63,881 bases of DNA, from IMG/VR virus record IMGVR_UViG_3300028768_000001, positions 1-63,881 of that record; one strand, 5' to 3'. Below, one piece after another: positions 61,932-63,881 of this stretch. The DNA comes from a virus. Its lineage: Duplodnaviria; Caudoviricetes. Position numbers and translations under genes: made by a program. The notes beneath the pieces are model-generated. The model made no database searches. It was not told the origin of the DNA and was given only the letters and a program-made list of their open reading frames with translations. Numbering within the stretch: the first letter of the stretch is position 1; each line of letters begins with the position of its first letter.

Positions 61932-63839
61932 TTACGTCTTTGCCAAACCGTATCGTTGGTGGTAGCCGCCCTCGGAATTCAAAGGCAGATCCGGCGCCCA
62001 GGCGGGCGCCACACGCATGTTCGCGAGCAGCCGATCTCGCAGCCAGGGTGCTTCGAATGCGTGTGTCACAAAGCCGCCCTCGTCATGCGAGGAGAGTTTC
62101 CATTGCGCGATGCCGCGCGCTTCGCGCGCCGTGGTTAAGCATTGCTCAAACACGATAATTCTCGCCAAACATTGGATGATGTTCTCGATCACCTTGGCGC
62201 CATAGATATGCTCGCGCGCCTTGCCGTTCCAGAACTGCCATTCCTCGGCCCCGGTCACTTCGTTGCGCACCCGTTTCAGATCCGGATACAGGATCTTCAA
62301 GCCGCCCGGCATCACGAGCCCGTCCTCGCAGGTGCGCACGATGCCGCGAAAGTCGACCGCGACGCCTATCCGGCCGCGACTGATTGCAAACAATGCGTCT
62401 TTGCCCCGCCCCCATAGTTTCAGCACCTGGGGGTGGCTACCGCGATAAACCGTCTGCACCACATAAGTTGCAAAGGCGTGGTCAAGCACGATGGGCTTGC
62501 CGTCGCGGCCTTTAGCTTCACCGCGTACCGACAGAATGAATCGATCTTCCGCCATGCCAAAGCCGAGCCCCAGTTTCACCCGCTTGCCCATCTGGCGCTC
62601 GTCGGGATCGTTTTCTTTCGTGATCGTGCGTTGGTAAATTCGCCCGCCGATCACACAGTACATATCCGGGCCAAGCCCTGCATCCGACTTGCGATATACC
62701 TCCACCATATCGTCTTGGCCAGCGAGCCAGTCAAGCAGTCGCGCCTCGATGTTCGCGCTGTCGCCCACCACGATCACATGGCCCTCGGGCGCCTTGAGCG
62801 CGCGGCGGATCGTGCTGCCGCGCCCCATCGCCTGCCAGTTGTACTTGTCACCCCCCGAGAGCCGATGCGTGCCGCTTGCCCCCGAGTATTTGTAGTAGAC
62901 CGTCGCCGCCCCGCGCGAGCCCATGCCGATGAGCCGTTCGGCGCCACGCTCGGCGTTGGTCGTCTTGTTCTTGAGCCGCGCTTCGACGAGCACCTGCACG
63001 CGCGGGTCAGGATGCTCCTGCAGCGCCTGCATGCCGCTATCCGTCTTGGCAAAAGCATAGGCGTAGGCTTTAGCCGGGTCGCGCTCCCCGGGGGGCTTCT
63101 TAAGCCAGCTCGGACTGAACTTCATCGGCGGCACTACGCCAAGATCCATCAAGGCGCGGGCAAACTTCTCGTTGCTCATCAAGTCGTCTTTCTGCACCCC
63201 AGCTGCCAGCATGAGCGCCATCTTCTCAGCGTGCAGCTGCTTGGCATAGGCCACCAGCATCGCTTCGTCCAGCACGAGCACGGGCTCGGTGAACATGCGC
63301 GTGACCTGATCGATGATCTCCAGCTCGGTGCGCGAGAACTGCGGCGCCATGCGCTCGAAGAGTCGATAGCACAGTGTGCCATCCAGGCAGCTATACAGGC
63401 CGTAGCGGGCCAGCTGCGGCAGCGTGAAGTCCCGGTAATGCATCCCCTTGGCCTGCAGCACCTCGGTACCTTTACGGCCGATGCCATAGCGTTCGGCGAG
63501 CTTGTCCAGCGACAGGCGCCCGTTGGCCCCGTGCAGCGCGCGGGCCATCGACAGCGTATCGAACCACAGCTTGGGGCGCACGCCGTAGTGATGCCAGAGA
63601 ATCCCGCCATCGAAGTGCGCGTGGTGGGCCAGCGCCGCGCGTCGTTCCAGGTGCAGATCGAGCAGTGCCGGTTGGATATCGGGCTGCGGCACCCAATACG
63701 GCTCGTTCTCGTTGATCCGAATCGACAGCAGGATCGGCTCGAAACGCGTGTCGCGAATGTACTCCTCGGTCGTCAGCTTCGAGAGCGAGTACGTGTCGTC
63801 GTAGTACGTCTCGTAATCGATCGTCACGAGGTCCATCAC
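61932..63839 (-). CDS. polA: DNA polymerase family A with 3'-5' exonuclease
   Basis: Exo DYETYY/FD; T.RLSG; motif A DSANIEAR; motif B RQMGKRVKLGLGFG; motif C HDE. Confidence 0.93.
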   Translation of the reverse strand: MMDLVTIDYETYYDDTYSLSKLTTEEYIRDTRFEPILLSIRINENEPYWVPQPDIQPALLDLHLERRAALAHHAHFDGGILWHHYGVRPKLWFDTLSMARALHGANGRLSLDKLAERYGIGRKGTEVLQAKGMHYRDFTLPQLARYGLYSCLDGTLCYRLFERMAPQFSRTELEIIDQVTRMFTEPVLVLDEAMLVAYAKQLHAEKMALMLAAGVQKDDLMSNEKFARALMDLGVVPPMKFSPSWLKKPPGERDPAKAYAYAFAKTDSGMQALQEHPDPRVQVLVEARLKNKTTNAERGAERLIGMGSRGAATVYYKYSGASGTHRLSGGDKYNWQAMGRGSTIRRALKAPEGHVIVVGDSANIEARLLDWLAGQDDMVEVYRKSDAGLGPDMYCVIGGRIYQRTITKENDPDERQMGKRVKLGLGFGMAEDRFILSVRGEAKGRDGKPIVLDHAFATYVVQTVYRGSHPQVLKLWGRGKDALFAISRGRIGVAVDFRGIVRTCEDGLVMPGGLKILYPDLKRVRNEVTGAEEWQFWNGKAREHIYGAKVIENIIQCLARIIVFEQCLTTAREARGIAQWKLSSHDEGGFVTHAFEAPWLRDRLLANMRVAPAWAPDLPLNSEGGYHQRYGLAKT

Positions 63840-63881
63840 ACACCCGCAGGCAGTTCGCCGGGCGGCAAAAGCGGTAGGCCG
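63756..63881. repeat. 126-bp terminal direct repeat, right copy
   Basis: Identical to 9-134. Confidence 0.97.

Overview
The window is a complete, circularly assembled temperate tailed-phage genome of about 63,747 bp. Positions 9-134 are repeated at 63756-63881, and positions 1-8 look like an Illumina adapter remnant. It is GC-rich, podovirus-like and probably infects a proteobacterium. There are two transcription blocks. The minus-strand early/replication block runs 14807->1 and continues 63839->49029. It holds about 30 small hypothetical genes, a DUF3150-like/AAA+/vWA-metallopeptidase triad, family A DNA polymerase, HNH, Cas4-like nuclease, VRR-NUC, SNF2 helicase, DEDD exonuclease, putative SSB, an HTH protein, AEP primase-helicase, excisionase, tyrosine integrase and an attP carrying a tRNA-Leu-type 3' end. 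The plus-strand late block (15265->49018) holds terminase, portal, scaffold, N4-gp56-type capsid, tail and ejection proteins (including a 2217-aa protein), fibres, a GH108 endolysin and holin-like genes. The most unusual signals are non-coding. (i) A genome-wide set of about 9 copies of a 21-bp palindrome (TTAGTTAGGA-S-TCCTAACTAA) lies on promoters and ribosome-binding sites, although the phage has no recognisable CI repressor. (ii) Six copies of a covarying hairpin punctuate the early region, four of them abutting a second hairpin that sequesters the RBS. (iii) An 11-bp tandem repeat forms a chain of ATGA-coupled MSSG* mini-ORFs between the endolysin and the next gene. (iv) A duplicated 50-bp hairpin and two collinear motif clusters may mark the origin and physical termini. 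(v) There is a structured ~200-nt early leader. Product calls come from motif recognition by eye; no database searches were run.
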